64,000 nucleotides of DNA from Podarcis muralis (GCF_964188315.1 NC_135664.1:59334001-59398000), one strand, 5' to 3'; counted from the first letter of the stretch, positions 24,569 through 38,169 are shown. The notes: generated by a model from the sequence alone, not told the origin. Numbers and translations: made by a program.

Positions 24569-24920
24569 GCCAAATTTAATCTCCCCTTTTCAGACCGCCT
24601 TGGCCCGCCTTAGACGTTCAACCAGATGTCTTTAAAATTAAAAGGCTATTGGCAGAAGTTGATAGGGTGGCACTATTTGTACTAGAAGCAAGAAAGATAA
24701 GGACAGCCTTTATGGATAATGCAAGTGCCAGACCCTAGGGATGCTGACCAGAAGAAATGGTTTTTTGGTGTGTGTGTTTTTTTCTGGACATTGGACATCT
24801 GTTTTAGTCTAGTGCGTGTAAAGTCTGTCGTTCTGTAGTTATTTGATTTGTGTTTATATTGTATTGTGATGGACATTAGCTATAAACAATAAAAATTGAT
24901 TGATTGATTGATTGATTGAT
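24569..24920 (+). mobile_element. LINE-like 3' end with (ATTG)n tail, family unassigned
   Basis: AT-rich 3' UTR-like stretch, AATAAA, then about 6 ATTG repeats (24895-24920). Confidence 0.4.
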
Positions 24921-25706
24921 TCAGAAAATATATGAAGTGTAGGCTACTGTGAACAGAATGGGCTGGCAGTAGAGGGAAATTATTTATGTGGTCCCCCATT
25001 CAGATTCAAATCTGCTTTGTTTTAACAAGGTGGCTGAATCATGTGGTTTCAGACTATGCCCTGAGACCTGTTGTATGCTATTTATTTAAATAATTTTTAC
25101 CCTGCTTCAATATGGCTAACCTGATTCAAAAACACCCACCCACCCCACTCACACATGAAAACAAAGTTCAGCACAGCCAATCACAAACAAGCAACCACAC
25201 TCTAGGCTAACCCCAGCTTCTCTCACCACCAAAGGTACACAAGCGAATAGCAAAAAGAACCTGCACAAGCGATGCTGACACAACCCCCCCCCCATACATT
25301 AAATAAAATAGAAACTTTGCCACCTGACCCCACCTACCATGGCTCCCTCCACCTCTTTCCCTGCTTTCTTCCTAATGTAACACTAATGTCTCAACAAATG
25401 AAACTGACCTGTAGAAAATGTAACTTGAAAAAATAGACATTGCACGTATTTTTGTAAACCAATAAATCTTTAATAAAAATACATTAAAAAACAAAAAAAA
25501 AATGATTAATAGAGACAGGGAGAGAAATAAGAGGAGAGGGGTGGGGGAACCACACTCAGGTATCAATTCTTAAAGTTAAAGTTCTCAGGTCTGAAGCTGA
25601 GATGGAAATAGGTTGGGTAGTTTGATGGAATAGTTGCTGCTAGAAGACACTGAAAGATAGGCAGAGCCAGCTGGTCTCTCAGAAGAGCTGTTAGAATAGC
25701 CTTGAG

Positions 25707-25842
25707 CAGGCATAGGCAACCTCTGGCCCTCCAGATGTTTGGGACTGCAATTCCCATCATCCCTAGCTAACAGGACTAGTGATCAGGGATGGTGGGAATT
25801 GTAGTCCCAAACATCTGGAGGGCGAGAGTTTGCCTATGCCTG
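25707..25842. mobile_element. 136-bp palindromic hAT MITE
   Basis: TIR CAGGCATAGGCAA / TTGCCTATGCCTG; perfect 8-bp TSD GCCTTGAG (25699-25706 and 25843-25850). The whole element folds back on itself. Confidence 0.93.
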
Positions 25843-27622
25843 GCCTTGAGTCTCTTCTCTCCTTCGGCTGGAGCCTGATGGAGTGCCTGCTGCTAGGTGA
25901 TAGCTGAGTTGCTAGCCCACAGTTTTGCTTCAGAAGCAATGACCTTGCACAGATTTTACCTGCAACACTAGAGGCCCCAGTTAAAGATCTCTAAGGAACA
26001 AAACGTGCCCCCATAGTTGCATCATAGAATATTCAGCCTATTACCTTGGGGGGAAGGATGTCCCTAAAAATTGGATTGATCCTTGGAATTAGATGAAATC
26101 TAAGAACCTTTTGGTTGGGATGGGCTTACCTTAAAGTGGCAAAGGATCCTGTCCCCCCCCCCCCCAATAAATAAGACAGATCTACAATGTCCAGACTAAG
26201 ACAGATCTATAATGTCCAGAAAACACACAAACCAAATAAATAAACTTTGTTGTTGCTTCACACAATGGCTGCCCTGAACAACTCAGTAGTGTTTGCTATA
26301 CAGTATTTGTCCAAAGGGATTGATGCTATGTTAATAAAGTAGCAACATTTCTTGGGGGAGGCAGAAGATGACTGCCCTTAATAAATAAGAAATCTGTCCC
26401 TCCTTGCCTGCATGTTAAGCCCATGCCACCAGAAAGTTCCTATAATTCATTCCCATGTTGTTGCTTTGTGAAGGGTGAATAGTTCCCACCCTTAATAGAA
26501 AATGCTTGGTTTCGAGATAGTTGGAGCAAGGCAAGAGGATTGTAATTGGAAATGTATTATTGTTGAATGCAAAAAAGTTAGACAAGTACTTATTCTCTTT
26601 TTCCCTGGCAAATCACTCAATGTTTAGGTTGTATAGTAGATCTAAGACTTAATCCTTTCACAAATCCTTATCAGACGTCTAACTAAGCAACTGTATCCCT
26701 CTGGGGTGGAGTATTGTTTAGGTTAGTTCATCAGGAACCATTACAAATCAATGGATTAGTTGCAGGCTCCTGGGGATGCTTCTCTGCAGTTAGATAAGGG
26801 TCTCTGGCAATGCCTTGCTTTCTCTTGGCTCATTGCACTTTGGGAGAGAAGTAAATATGTTGGTTGAAAAGATAGTTCCCCTCCACCTCTGCTGTTATTA
26901 CTGGCAGAGAGCCAGAATAGCTTGCTAACAGCCTGGCTCACTGCTAGGTGACTCTCTTTTAATATTTTGTTCTCAAGGGAGACTCAGACTGCATCTGTGA
27001 AAATAAAAAGACAGGTTTCTGTATCAAAAAGCATTACTTGAGATGTTGCCCAGTTTATTTACTTGTATTGCCAGATATATGGATGGGATGCCAGTACAAA
27101 TATTTCCATGTATGTGTCCATTCCTTATACAGTGAATAACAATGAATTACACAAAGTGGCACCTCCCTCCTTAATAGAGGCAGTTGAATTGCACTGAATT
27201 GCTCATTGCTTTTGCATTTATTAGTTTTATCCTGCAAAGATTTAACTGACTCATCATGAAGGAAATAAATGAGACTTTATATGATAAAAAACAACCCCTA
27301 ATATTTTGAGCAAATAAAAATCAGAGCAAGTTTTGCAAAGGATTGGAGCTCATATTGTATATCATTAAAATATTTTCTACCTGGAAATCTGGACATTTTC
27401 TTTCTTTCGTTCAAAAACAGTGTTCTTCCTCATTTCTATTCTGGGCTACTATAACCACAGAGCAAAATGTTCTGTTGGCTTTGTCTTTAAGTGGCACCCT
27501 GACCCTAGGCAAATTTATTTGGGAGTTTCTGTATCATGTTATGCATGTTTACTCAGAAATCCAGTTGGGTGTCATTGGGGTGTATTTCATCACAGTAAGT
27601 GTGTTTAGATTGCAGTCCTAGT

Positions 27623-27920
27623 CAGTGCATTTTTTCCAGGGGGTATGCAAGGTTACGCAGTACCGGCACCTCTTTTGTTGTTAAAAAGTGTGACACTGTA
27701 ACAACTTCATGGTGAGTACCGGCACCTATTTTTCTCTTCCCCTCGCACCCAAACTCTGCACACTTTCTCTCCCCCCAACTCTGTGCTCTCTCTTCCCCTC
27801 CTGCCTGAACTCTGCGCTCTTTCCACAGGGCGTGGTGCATTTTGTTAGGTGTCCGGTCCCTATTATGGGAAATTTTGTGGGTGCTTGGGCACCCAGAGCC
27901 CTGAGGAGATGGCACCTATG
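27623..27920. mobile_element. Composite or partial hAT-type non-autonomous element
   Basis: The left end CAGTGCATTTTTTCCAGGGGG resembles the 38361 family and the right end GGCACCTATG resembles the 7252 family. AGTACCGGCACCT occurs twice internally. No TSD found. Confidence 0.45.
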
Positions 27921-28819
27921 TGTGGTGCTCATTTTCTAGTGGGGTGGGGTACAATTTGTCCTTTTAGTTGTTTTGTACATTGTTGTTTTTTCCTTTGCTT
28001 TTTAATTGATTTTACAGGGTTGTATTTTATCTTAAGTTGCTTTGAGACTTTTTAAAAATAAAGTGACAAACAAATGTGAATAATAATACTAATAGGTTGA
28101 TGATTGGTGCCAGATGGTGCAGACAAGAATGAAAGGGCTGGCGGTCAGCTACCAAATGATATAAGGCAAGTTTTCTACTGCTACTATTCATAAAAATAAA
28201 ATGCCCTGTGTGGAACACAACTTGGAACAGGTGTTATATAGAGCTAGGCAGGCCCATGTTCTTAGCTGAAATTAAAGGTGGCTTTTCCTGCTTTAGCCAC
28301 CATGTGAGTGATGCTGCAGCATAGCAGAGACTGAAGCAGGAACACCTTCAGAGCTGCTCTAGTGGTCATGGGCTCTGCTTTCTGAATTGCTGGTTTGAGT
28401 GCCCCCAACACCTTGCACCCTATCAGGACACCCTGCTTCTACTGATTTCTATATTTACTTTTACCACAAGATGAGATCAGTTCCTTTTGTCGAGTTTTCA
28501 AGTTTTAAAATTCAGATGTGGAAGTTTTGGGCACTGTTGACAATATGAAGTTTCACCAAATGCAGTTCCATGTTTCTGTATGTACCACAGATTATCTCAT
28601 AATAGAACTAAGAAGCTGGTAGATGAACATCTTTTATTGGTGCAGTTCATGCAACTCATAAATAAGAAATTCACATAGAACCAAATGCACTATTAAGGAC
28701 CAAAAAACTTTTTATGATGGAACAGTTATAATAAATACCTTAATGTGTGTGTGTGTGGTGTTTTTTTAAGTGAACAGTATTGAAAACATCCTGGCAGATT
28801 TCATGGTCTGGTTTGGCAG

Positions 28820-28937
28820 TGCCTCCAGCTGTTTTTGGCCTACAATTCCCATCATCCCTTGCCACTGGTCTTGCTAGTCAGGGATGATGGGAGTTGTAGG
28901 CCAAAAACATCTGGAGGCACAAGGTTGGGAAACACTG
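28820..28937. mobile_element. Palindromic hAT MITE, one end missing (related to 25707)
   Basis: GTGCCTCCAGCTGTTTTTGGCCTACAATTCCCATCATCCCT...AGGGATGATGGGAGTTGTAGGCCAAAAACATCTGGAGGCAC forms a hairpin. Confidence 0.75.
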
Positions 28938-28977
28938 CAGTAGAGAAACTACGAAAAACTAGGCTTTGGACTCAGCT

Positions 28978-29033
28978 TGTTGTTGTTTAGTCGTCTTAGT
29001 CCTGTTTGACTCTCCATGACCCCATGAACCAGA
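28978..29033 (-). mobile_element. Extremely 5'-truncated BovB tip (56 bp)
   Basis: TGTTGTTGTTTAGTCGTC...ATGACCCCATGAACCAGA flanked by a perfect 9-bp TSD GACTCAGCT (28969-28977 and 29034-29042). Confidence 0.8.
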
Positions 29034-29057
29034 GACTCAGCTATAAAGCTGCAAATA

Positions 29058-29272
29058 CAGTGGTACCTCAGGTTACATACGCTTCAGGTTACAGACTCCG
29101 CTAACCCAGAAATAGTACCTAGGGTTAAGAACTTTGCTTCAGGATGAGAACAGAAATCGTGCTCCGGCAACGGGAGACCCCATTAGCTAAAGTGGTACCT
29201 CAGGTTAAGAACAGTTTCAGGTTAAGAACGGACCTCCAGAACGAATTAAGTTCTTAATCCAAGGTACCACTA
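29058..29272 (+). mobile_element. Tc1/mariner (Tigger-like) MITE, copy C
   Basis: TA-CAGTGGTACCTC...AAGGTACCACTA-TA. Same family as 20084 and 20312, opposite orientation. Confidence 0.9.
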
Positions 29273-29804
29273 TAAAACATTTTAAGTGTGTTTTAAGTGC
29301 AATATACAATGTGACATAGATGGCGATGGTGAGCCTTATGGAAATTCAATGTATTTTTAAAAAGATTTTTATATGCGTGTAGATTCTACCCTGATCAGTA
29401 AAAAAAGTTCTGCAGAAAAAGCCTACATCTGCTGTCAAGGATTTGGGTTTGTGATTAATGGCTACATAGTCAATGTGCTTTAGCAAATTGCCAAGAATTT
29501 TTTTTAAACCCAAACATAGAGTCAGGGTGCTCCTTTTCATAATAGAAAAATAATGTTCTGCTGATAGTTTCATGAGACTTTAGAAACAAGTCCTCCTTAC
29601 AAGAAATCCTTCATAGCCAGCAGTTTGTATAGAGGCCAAGTGTCCATGAAATAGCAACTGTAGCTCTATAAAATATATTTTTAGGTCTTTTGTCACATAT
29701 CCTATAATTGGTCCATCCCTGCCCCACACCAGGGTGACGGAGACATTATGTCAGTATCAAATAAGTATAGGAATTTGGCATTGTTTATCTGCGCTATAAA
29801 TATA

Positions 29805-30172
29805 AAGGTAAAGGTAAAGGTACCCCTACCCGTACGGGCCAGTCGTGTCCGACTCTAGGGTTGCGTGCTCATCTCGCTCTAGAGGCCGTGAGCCGGCGCT
29901 GTCCGAAGACACTTCCGGGTCACGTGGCCAGCGTGACGAAGCTGCAGCTGGCAAGCCAGCACCAGCGCAGCACACGGAAACACCGTTTACCTTCCCGCTA
30001 TAAAGCGGTCCCTATTTATCTACTTGCACTTAAGAGTGCTTCAAACTGCTAGGTGGGCAGGAGCTGGGACCGAACGACGGGAGCTCACCCCGCTGCGGGG
30101 ATTCGAACCGCCGACCATACGATCGGCAAGTCCTAGGCACTGAGGTTTTACCCACAGCGCCACCCGCGTCCC
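29805..30172 (-). mobile_element. Full-length Sauria SINE
   Basis: (AAAGGT)n tail at the left and reverse-complement head CCCACAGCGCCACCCGCGTCCC at the right. Approximate TSD TGCGCTATAAATATA / TGCACTACAAATATA (13 of 15 positions match). Confidence 0.92.
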
Positions 30173-31534
30173 TGCACTACAAATATACAAAGAACTAAAC
30201 TGCAAAGAAACATTTCTGTGGTGCAGCAGGACTGATTTCCCATTTACTGCTTCTCTGGCAGTAGCTCTGCTCCAGTTCTGATAGCTTGATAATTGTACAA
30301 ACACAGTTGAACAGAGGGATTCTATCTGCAGGATAGCAAGTCTGCTTGCTCTGTTTTTCCTAATTTTAGCAGCTTTTCTTAGCCCTATGCAAGTTCCATA
30401 CCTAAAGGGCTAGCTCCTTCTGTGTAATCCTCCTTGTCCACTGAAGCCCAAAGAGGAAGCCCTGATTGGAACTACCACCAAAGTCTACTGAGATTGGTGT
30501 CCCTACTTAATTCCCGTATATACCCAGTAGATCCCTACAGTCTGCAGTTTCCAAATATCTCAGAAACCTGCTCCACAGTAACTCATAGCAGAGCTGTTAG
30601 CATGGCTGCTCCTATTCTGTAAAATAACAGTCCTTTCATGATATGACAGGCATTTTCCAGAAACAATTAGCAATATTCCTTTTCCAACAGACTTTCCCAG
30701 ATGGATAACTGGGGCTTTTCCATCACTGTCTGTTTGGTATTGTTTTAGTTTTGTTTTAAATCTGTTGTTTAATTCTGCTGTTTTCTGCATTTTTTTTAGT
30801 AGTTTTTGTTGCACATTGCCTTGAGACAATTATGGTGACTATAACTGTTGTTATTATTGCTGGGGACTCAGGAAAGGAACCCACTGTGTGAAACTCCTGC
30901 TCTGGGAGATCCTCTGCTCTCATCTTTATTGGTCTTCCAACACTCACAAAAGACCTGTTTGGTTTTTTGCACTGATCAGTGGCTGCATTTCTGCTCTTTC
31001 TTGATACTGTTGTTGTTCTGCTGCTGTTTCCTTTTGTGTTTTTAAATGTATTTAATTTGTGTTATTAATCATTAACATCATTAATGATGTTAGCTGAGTT
31101 GGAGGATAAATAAATTGTGCAACAAGATTAAATAAAAAACAGAAAGCTACAAAGTGACTGACATAGCACCACGGTAGGTGCTGCCACACTAAGGGCTAAT
31201 CCAGACTTCATTTTGCACCACACTTTCCAGGCACAGGTCCATGTTTTGTAAGCCACACAGGTTTTGTTTTATCCCACTGCTTTCCTGAGAAAACCCATTG
31301 TTCAACACTGAATTTGCTCACTAAGGCTGCAGTCTAACCATCCTGATGTTGATGACTATGAGAGAGTATTAAAATGAATTGCAGGCCTCCATCAGCAGAG
31401 AGGAGCGCCACTGATGAAGGAGGGGGCTCTGCTCTGAGTGGCTGGGAAGCTACTGCTGGTGGCCCTCCTCCTGGGGAGCATTTTACCACCCTGTTCTTTA
31501 ATTTATATTTAAATTGGCACTGAATGGCTCATGT

Positions 31535-31541
31535 ACACACA

Positions 31542-31605
<64 letters not shown>
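31535..31605. repeat. Compound microsatellite (AC)n(AG)n
   Basis: About 12 AC units followed by about 23 AG units. Confidence 0.97.
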
Positions 31606-31610
<5 letters not shown>

Positions 31611-33967
31611 CTTAAATTAAGGAGTTTTATCATGCCAATTTAAAAATTGTTTTAAAAAACTGCTTCCTTTCCAACTCCAGCCATTTTAGCAACGTGTCTG
31701 TTGTTTTCAGTTAGAAACTTCTGATGTAAAACACGTCTGTTCCAGTAATGCAGCACTTTGTAACAAGGCATAGCAGAAATCAGCCATAAACAGCTTCAGT
31801 AAGTACTATGGTGCAGATTAAACAATTGATTTAAGCAGTGGCTGCTCAGGTGAATTGTACCCTTCCCTGCCCACATGACTTTGTCATGTCCACTAGAGTG
31901 AACAGGATGTGTCAGGATGCACCCGCAAAAAATCACAATATTCCCAAGAGGGTAGAAAATCAGCTGCAATTTGCATTTGTAGCTTAAAATGGAAGAACAG
32001 TGATTATAGCTCTAGGAGCAGCCTAAAGCTTTTGGCCTACCCCTTTCTCAATTCTACAGAAAATTATCCTCAGGGTAACAACCATAGTGGCAGCAGAGAT
32101 AGGACAGGTATCACTGAGTCTGAAGAGGGCTACTTTTCTTTACAGCTGGCAGCATAGGGAGAGGTTTTTCCACAACTGAGAAGTTTTAGGAACCCTTCAT
32201 AATATTCTTTGAAAAATTAAAATATTTCATTGCACTGCAGTATTGGTATATTCGCATCCCTCTTTGATGAGCAAACAGCAGCTCCCCATTTTCAGAGAGG
32301 CAGCAGCTTTGGCAGTGGAAGGCAAAAGGATTTGTGAAATTTTAGCAACCACTTTGTCCTTTGCATGGGGACTAGATAATGAACAAATACAAAACAGGGC
32401 TTGTAAAACATTCACAAAAGCAAAGCAAAAGCATGCCCCAATTTTATTCCGTCTATGATAAGTTTTATAGGTTAATGCAAGAAACAGGATGTGTGCATCA
32501 TTAGTTTGACCCAACAGGGATGCCTTTATAGTACAGCAGCTAGAAGGGCTACCTATATTCATTTGTCCAACACCCAAGTACAGAGACTCTTCCCTCCCTT
32601 TTCCTTTTGCCACTCAATTGACTCTACACAGTGTAGAAATGTCCTCATGGTGTCAGCATTCATTGTTCCTAATAGGAACAGAGGAAACTGACATACTGAG
32701 TCAGACTCAGTCCACGTAGCTCAGAATTCTGTGCACTGACTGGCAGTGCTTCTTCAGGATTTCGGGGGGGGGGGGCACATTCCCAGCTCTTTCTGGAGAT
32801 ACCAGGGACTGAAACTGGGACCTTCTGCATGCAAACCAGATGGTCTATAATTGAGCTATGGCTGCCTCCCTGGGCTTATACTGTACAGGTTTGCTTTGAA
32901 TACAATGGCTTTAAATCTCTTGTACTGTAATCATTTGAAATTGAGGGGACAACCTGTTCAGTTGCCACAAGGAAGTTCAGGTGTCATGATGCTATAGTAA
33001 AAAGTGGAAGTCTTAGTTATGAAATGTCAGAATTATACTTCTTTCCCTGCTTTTTTTTTAATAACAGAGATGGAACCTGGAGGCAGGAAAATTGTTCTGC
33101 TTTAGGAATGTGCTACTTGAAGCCATTGCTTCAGACTATTTCATAAGAATGCTGGGCTTGATGCAGAATACATTTATGAGTAAAAATCAAGAGCAGAGGA
33201 TTTGATTGTAGCTATATGGGCAGTTTTACCTTCCCCAGTATGAATTCCTGGATAATATTTTTTTAAATGCTGTGGTTCAGCCTTGCTGTGCCAATGGGAA
33301 GGCTGCTTTTTTACAAAGTGCATATATGCCTTGTTTATCCCAAAGTGGAAGGAAACATGGTAAAGACTTGCAGATATTTACTGAAATATATGTACATAAT
33401 GTACTTTAGTATAAAAACAGTGGTAATCACAGCACATTTCCTTAACCCTGGTCTCCAATTTGGGTAGTTCAGTACAAATGGTTACTCCGAAAACAACAAA
33501 AATAAACGTTTGAATCTTTAAACAAAACTAGATGGTTGCTGATGCACCACCCAAACTGTATTCCGTGTGACCCTCTCCTTTGATACAGCAGCAAATGGGG
33601 GTGGGGACACACACAGAGGAAAGGGTGTTTCTTAACTTTTTTGTTGTTATTATTTTAAAAATGTAATCTCTATCCAATTGTTCACAAATATATTATGTCT
33701 ATATTTTGTAACTGAGGGTTTCTTCCCCCCTTCTTCTTCTATATTTTAATATGCTGAAGGCTATAAATAATAATCTAAACAAAGGATCACTGGAGTAACT
33801 GAAGTTCTGTTCATCACCTAGCACATAATAAAAATGTTATGCTTCTCTTATATCAATGAGTAAAATAGGTGGTTCCCAATATATCTGGTTTAATTTCACT
33901 CTCATGGACACATTCTGTTTTCACATGGTATTTTAAGTCAAAGGCCCTTCAAAACAGCTAAAATTAG

Positions 33968-34198
<231 letters not shown>

Positions 34199-34587
34199 TA
34201 AGCTGCTGGTTTTGGTGTTATTTTTTCCCCCTCATGCTGCAGGGCAAGACTCCAGAATCAGGGTTCTTCTGTGTCACCAGAATCCTTTAATTGTCACAAG
34301 CAAAACCAAGGGTTATATTTGTTATGATTTCTACATTGATTCCCCAGACTGTGTCTTGCCTGTGTCTGACAGGCAAGTTACAGCACAGTATACAGTGGTT
34401 GGAAATTCACTTGGTAAGGTGACCAAATACTTAACTCAATCTATACTAAAGTAGGTAGAAAATTTACTTCCTGGTTGGTTGAACCGAACAACAAATTCAG
34501 CACTGGTGACTCAAGTTCCCTTCAACTGGAGCCTTGTAATGCTCAGGAATGGAACTTTCCACACTAATTATCATTCCACTCTTCCAG

Positions 34588-34691
34588 GTCAATGATGCCA
34601 TAGGAAGGGGCTGGCCCTGGATCTATTTTGTTACACTAATCATCATAGGGTCATTTTTTGTACTTAACTTGGTTCTCGGTGTACTTAGCGG
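34588..34691 (+). CDS. CACNA1C: Cav1.2 mutually exclusive exon 8 (downstream IS6 exon, 104 nt; smooth-muscle-type in mammals)
   Basis: cttccag|GTC...AGCGG|gtaagc, phase 0-2. Translates [34 protein letters not shown](G). Branch-like CACTAAT at 34562-34568. Not in the ORF track. Confidence 0.96.
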
Positions 34692-36414
34692 GTAAGCAGT
34701 ACCTGGAAAAATGTTTGGAATTACTATTGTTGTTGTTTAATTACACATGTTTCTGTATTATTCTTTATGTTCTTTCTCTTGGGTTGAAGATATGGGCCCT
34801 GATCCAACATATTCCCAATGTCATCTGCTAATGTCAGTGGGATTTGGATCAACTTTACCTTATAAATGGACAGTGAAAGTCTAAATTAAAAGTATGGCAT
34901 TAAGCAGCCTAAAGTAGTGGGGTGGGGGTTGAAAGCCAGCACTGCCAAAAACTAGCAGTGCTAGGTGTGGAAAACACTCCCCACCCTTATATATAACATT
35001 GTTGGGATTGAAACTTCACCCCGATATGCAAACTGTTGCCCCTGGTGGAAGTAATGAATATAGTAAATAACATTATCATAACTAATGAGCTTATAACTAA
35101 AATTTATGAGTGGTTTACATGGGGTCTCAGTAGGGATTGGGAAGCACAGGTCTAATTACTTTGATTATTATTGGCTTGATAAACTGACATCACAGCACAA
35201 CTGGCAAATGTTCGCTATGTACTTGTGTGTCACAGAGGATTTTCGAAATTTTAGAATTTGAATTCTAAGACCCCTGAGTAATTAAAGCACATAAGTTGTC
35301 TATATGCCATAGGTCTTTTCTTGTTATTACATTAGTGAAGCAGTTTCATAACCGTTTAATGAAATGTTGACCATAGAGAGAGAAATAATACCTATTGCTT
35401 ATTGGGTGATTTCCATTAATTTCAATGGGATTATTCTGAGAATGACTAACGTTGGATATCACCCTATGCATGTGACATCATGGTAAAGAATTGGTAAAAA
35501 ATGAATGGAAGTATATGAAACAAATTTTAACCTACTGATGTTATGATTGTTTATTCAATTTATATCCCACCCTTCCTCTGGAAGGTGCTTCTCAGATTAT
35601 TATTTTTCTTGGCTAACAACTCTCCATTGTAACTCCATTTAATCATTGAAGGACAGGGCAGGTTTTTTTGTTTGTTTTTGTTTCTAGCCTTCTGAAAAAT
35701 GGGGGTCAGAAACAAAAAAAAATGGTGGTAAAATAGGAAAGATTTCAATTTTTACATTTTATACATGTCAATTGAAAAATGCAGGTTGCCCATTAGCTGT
35801 ATAAACATTTGTTACCATACACACTTAGCAGATTGCGGATTTGTTCTGAGGAAATTGCCCACATGAATGAAAGGGTAGTTCAGTCAACAAACCTTTTGAT
35901 AAGTTGCTTTCTTGGTATGACAGCTAACAAGCATAAATAATTTATGCCCGTTGTAAGATGTGGAACTGAATGGAAATTGCAGTCATTTCACAGAATAATG
36001 CCAAATAGGAATCATTTGGAGGTCATTCTTGGTCATATATTGATACTGAATAGATTCAAATTAGCACCATAGATGGAATTTTTAAAAGAATTTCATTTGA
36101 TATTCCCAGAGACAGCAGGCCTTCATAGATCAGATTTTAAGATACTGGTTTTTTGTACTACTTTGCTATTGTTGCTGTGGAATGATTTTTCAAAACCACT
36201 AATTTTTCCAATATTATCCTTGCAATAACTCAATAGTAGAATTCCTTATTTGCCAATAATATTGGCCATTTGATTGCCCTTTTCACCCATTGCTGTATTT
36301 TTTATTTGTATATATTTTATTTGTATATATTGCTTGTTCTATGTTGCTATGGCCGTTGGCTAATGCGCATAAAGTTTATCTTATCTATCTTACTCATGTA
36401 AAAACACACTGATT

Positions 36415-36491
36415 CCCGGACCATCCGCGGGCCGGATTTAGATGGTGATTGGGCCAAATCCGGCCCCCGGGCCTTAGTTTACCTACCCATG
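36415..36491. mobile_element. hAT-Charlie terminal fragment
   Basis: GGGCCGGATTT...AAATCCGGCCCCCGGGCCTTAGTTTACCTACCCATG, a typical Charlie subterminal palindrome plus end. Confidence 0.55.
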
Positions 36492-37466
36492 GGCTAGAAT
36501 TATTTTTTATTAAAAAATCCTTATTTGCAAGCAGAAAGTCTCAAGTTCAGTTGTCAGATCTCTACTTTAAAAGATTACAGGGAGCAGGATGCGAAATAAG
36601 GATGGGAATCATTATTTCTAGTTGATACTTTGGGAACAGTTGGTACACAGCAGCTTTGAAAATGATCAGACTATCTAAAGAGGCATCAGACAAATATGAA
36701 CACTAATTTTTTCACTTCCTGGTTCCCCATACATTAAAGAGTGTTAACAATATTCAACAAGCCTTCAATGTGGAATAATGTTTATACAGTGCTTGGAAGG
36801 AGAAAGGCATTGGATTTCTCACTATCCATCTTTTGTTTACAGTTCCATGCCACAGAGCTTCAGCTTCTAGTAGAAGCACTTTGTTTTTTCCACATTTGTC
36901 ATATTTGTGATGTATCCATCTACCTTATGGCAAAGCTGTCTTCTAGAACTGATCTACTGAGCTGTTTCTGATCTTCCTGAGGGTTAAGTGGAGCTTCTTG
37001 CAATCCTCCACTTTAAAGTCTTTATTATGAGATTCCTAAGAGAAGATAGAGCAAAGCCTGGCATGATGACAGATATACATCGGCACATACAGAAGCTTGG
37101 AGTTTTGCCTTGAGTTGAGAAAAGACTGTCCTTATGTTACTGCAGTACAGAAAATAGTTTGTTCAAGATTATTCAGAATAATATTTTCCTGCAAGCATTT
37201 TATAAGAAATAATAACAAAAATAATCATTAATTCTCTTTGAGAAATGATTTGAGATACAGAACAAGTAGCTGACATTACCATCTTAAAGATAAGTCATTG
37301 TGTATAAAACAGAGGAATCACATGTATTAATATGGGTTGAAATTAATATGGACAGCCAAGTTACCATAGCAGGAAATTTATAATCTCCAGTGCAATTCAA
37401 GCTAATTCTTTTCTATCTTTCTTTTGGTCTCCTGTTCTCATCCTTTAATCCCCTCCCTCTTGCCAG

Positions 37467-37639
37467 GGAGTTTTCTAAAGAGAGAGAGAAAGCAAAAGCT
37501 CGAGGTGACTTTCAGAAGTTGCGAGAGAAACAACAGCTGGAGGAGGACTTGAAGGGATATCTGGACTGGATAACTCAAGCAGAAGATATTGACCCAGAAA
37601 ATGAAGATGAGGGCATGGATGAAGAGAAGCCCCGAAACA
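37467..37639 (+). CDS. CACNA1C: Cav1.2 exon 9 (173 nt): post-IS6 helix and alpha-interaction domain (AID)
   Basis: ttgccag|GGAG...AACA|gtaagc, phase 2-1. Translates (G)[57 protein letters not shown]. The AID consensus QQxExxLxGYxxWIxxxE is intact. Confidence 0.98.
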
Positions 37640-38169
37640 GTAAGCAACTCTCCTCTGTTGGTCCTAGGGTGTCTAGCCAGCAATTAATGTTCTTTATGGG
37701 CTGCATTAATGAACGTATGCTCAGGAACTTAGAAGGGTGCACCCAAGCCTTGCTAAGATAAATTTTGCCATGCTGCAACACTATCAATGTTTGCTACATA
37801 AAACCGGGGAAGGGAATGGAAGGTCCACCACCAGAGGTGTCGTGTGGCAGCAGAAAAAATAAAAACACTGCCCATGGTGGAAAACAAAACCAGGTACTCC
37901 AAGGGTGCTTGGGGGCATGTTGGGGGAGGCTGTGGATCCATAGGATCCCATTTATTCTTGGTCCCCTGACACACCCACCCCGCAGTGCCAGCCAGGATAA
38001 AGAGATGCATCTTCCAGTCACCAAAAACTATATGGTGAAGTTGCCAGACACACCTCTGTGGTGAGGAATTACAAAACCTTTGGACTGCCACAGAAAATGC
38101 CCTCTCCTGCATTACACACACACTGAGCTTCAGAGGACAACAAATCTACCAAGAGTGTTCCCGCATAAT

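Noticed and set aside
37640-37761. Open frame continuing 40 codons past the exon 9 donor (and similar read-through around exons 6 and 8a)
   Set aside because: Strong canonical donors sit at the homologous positions, and the extensions have no Cav similarity.
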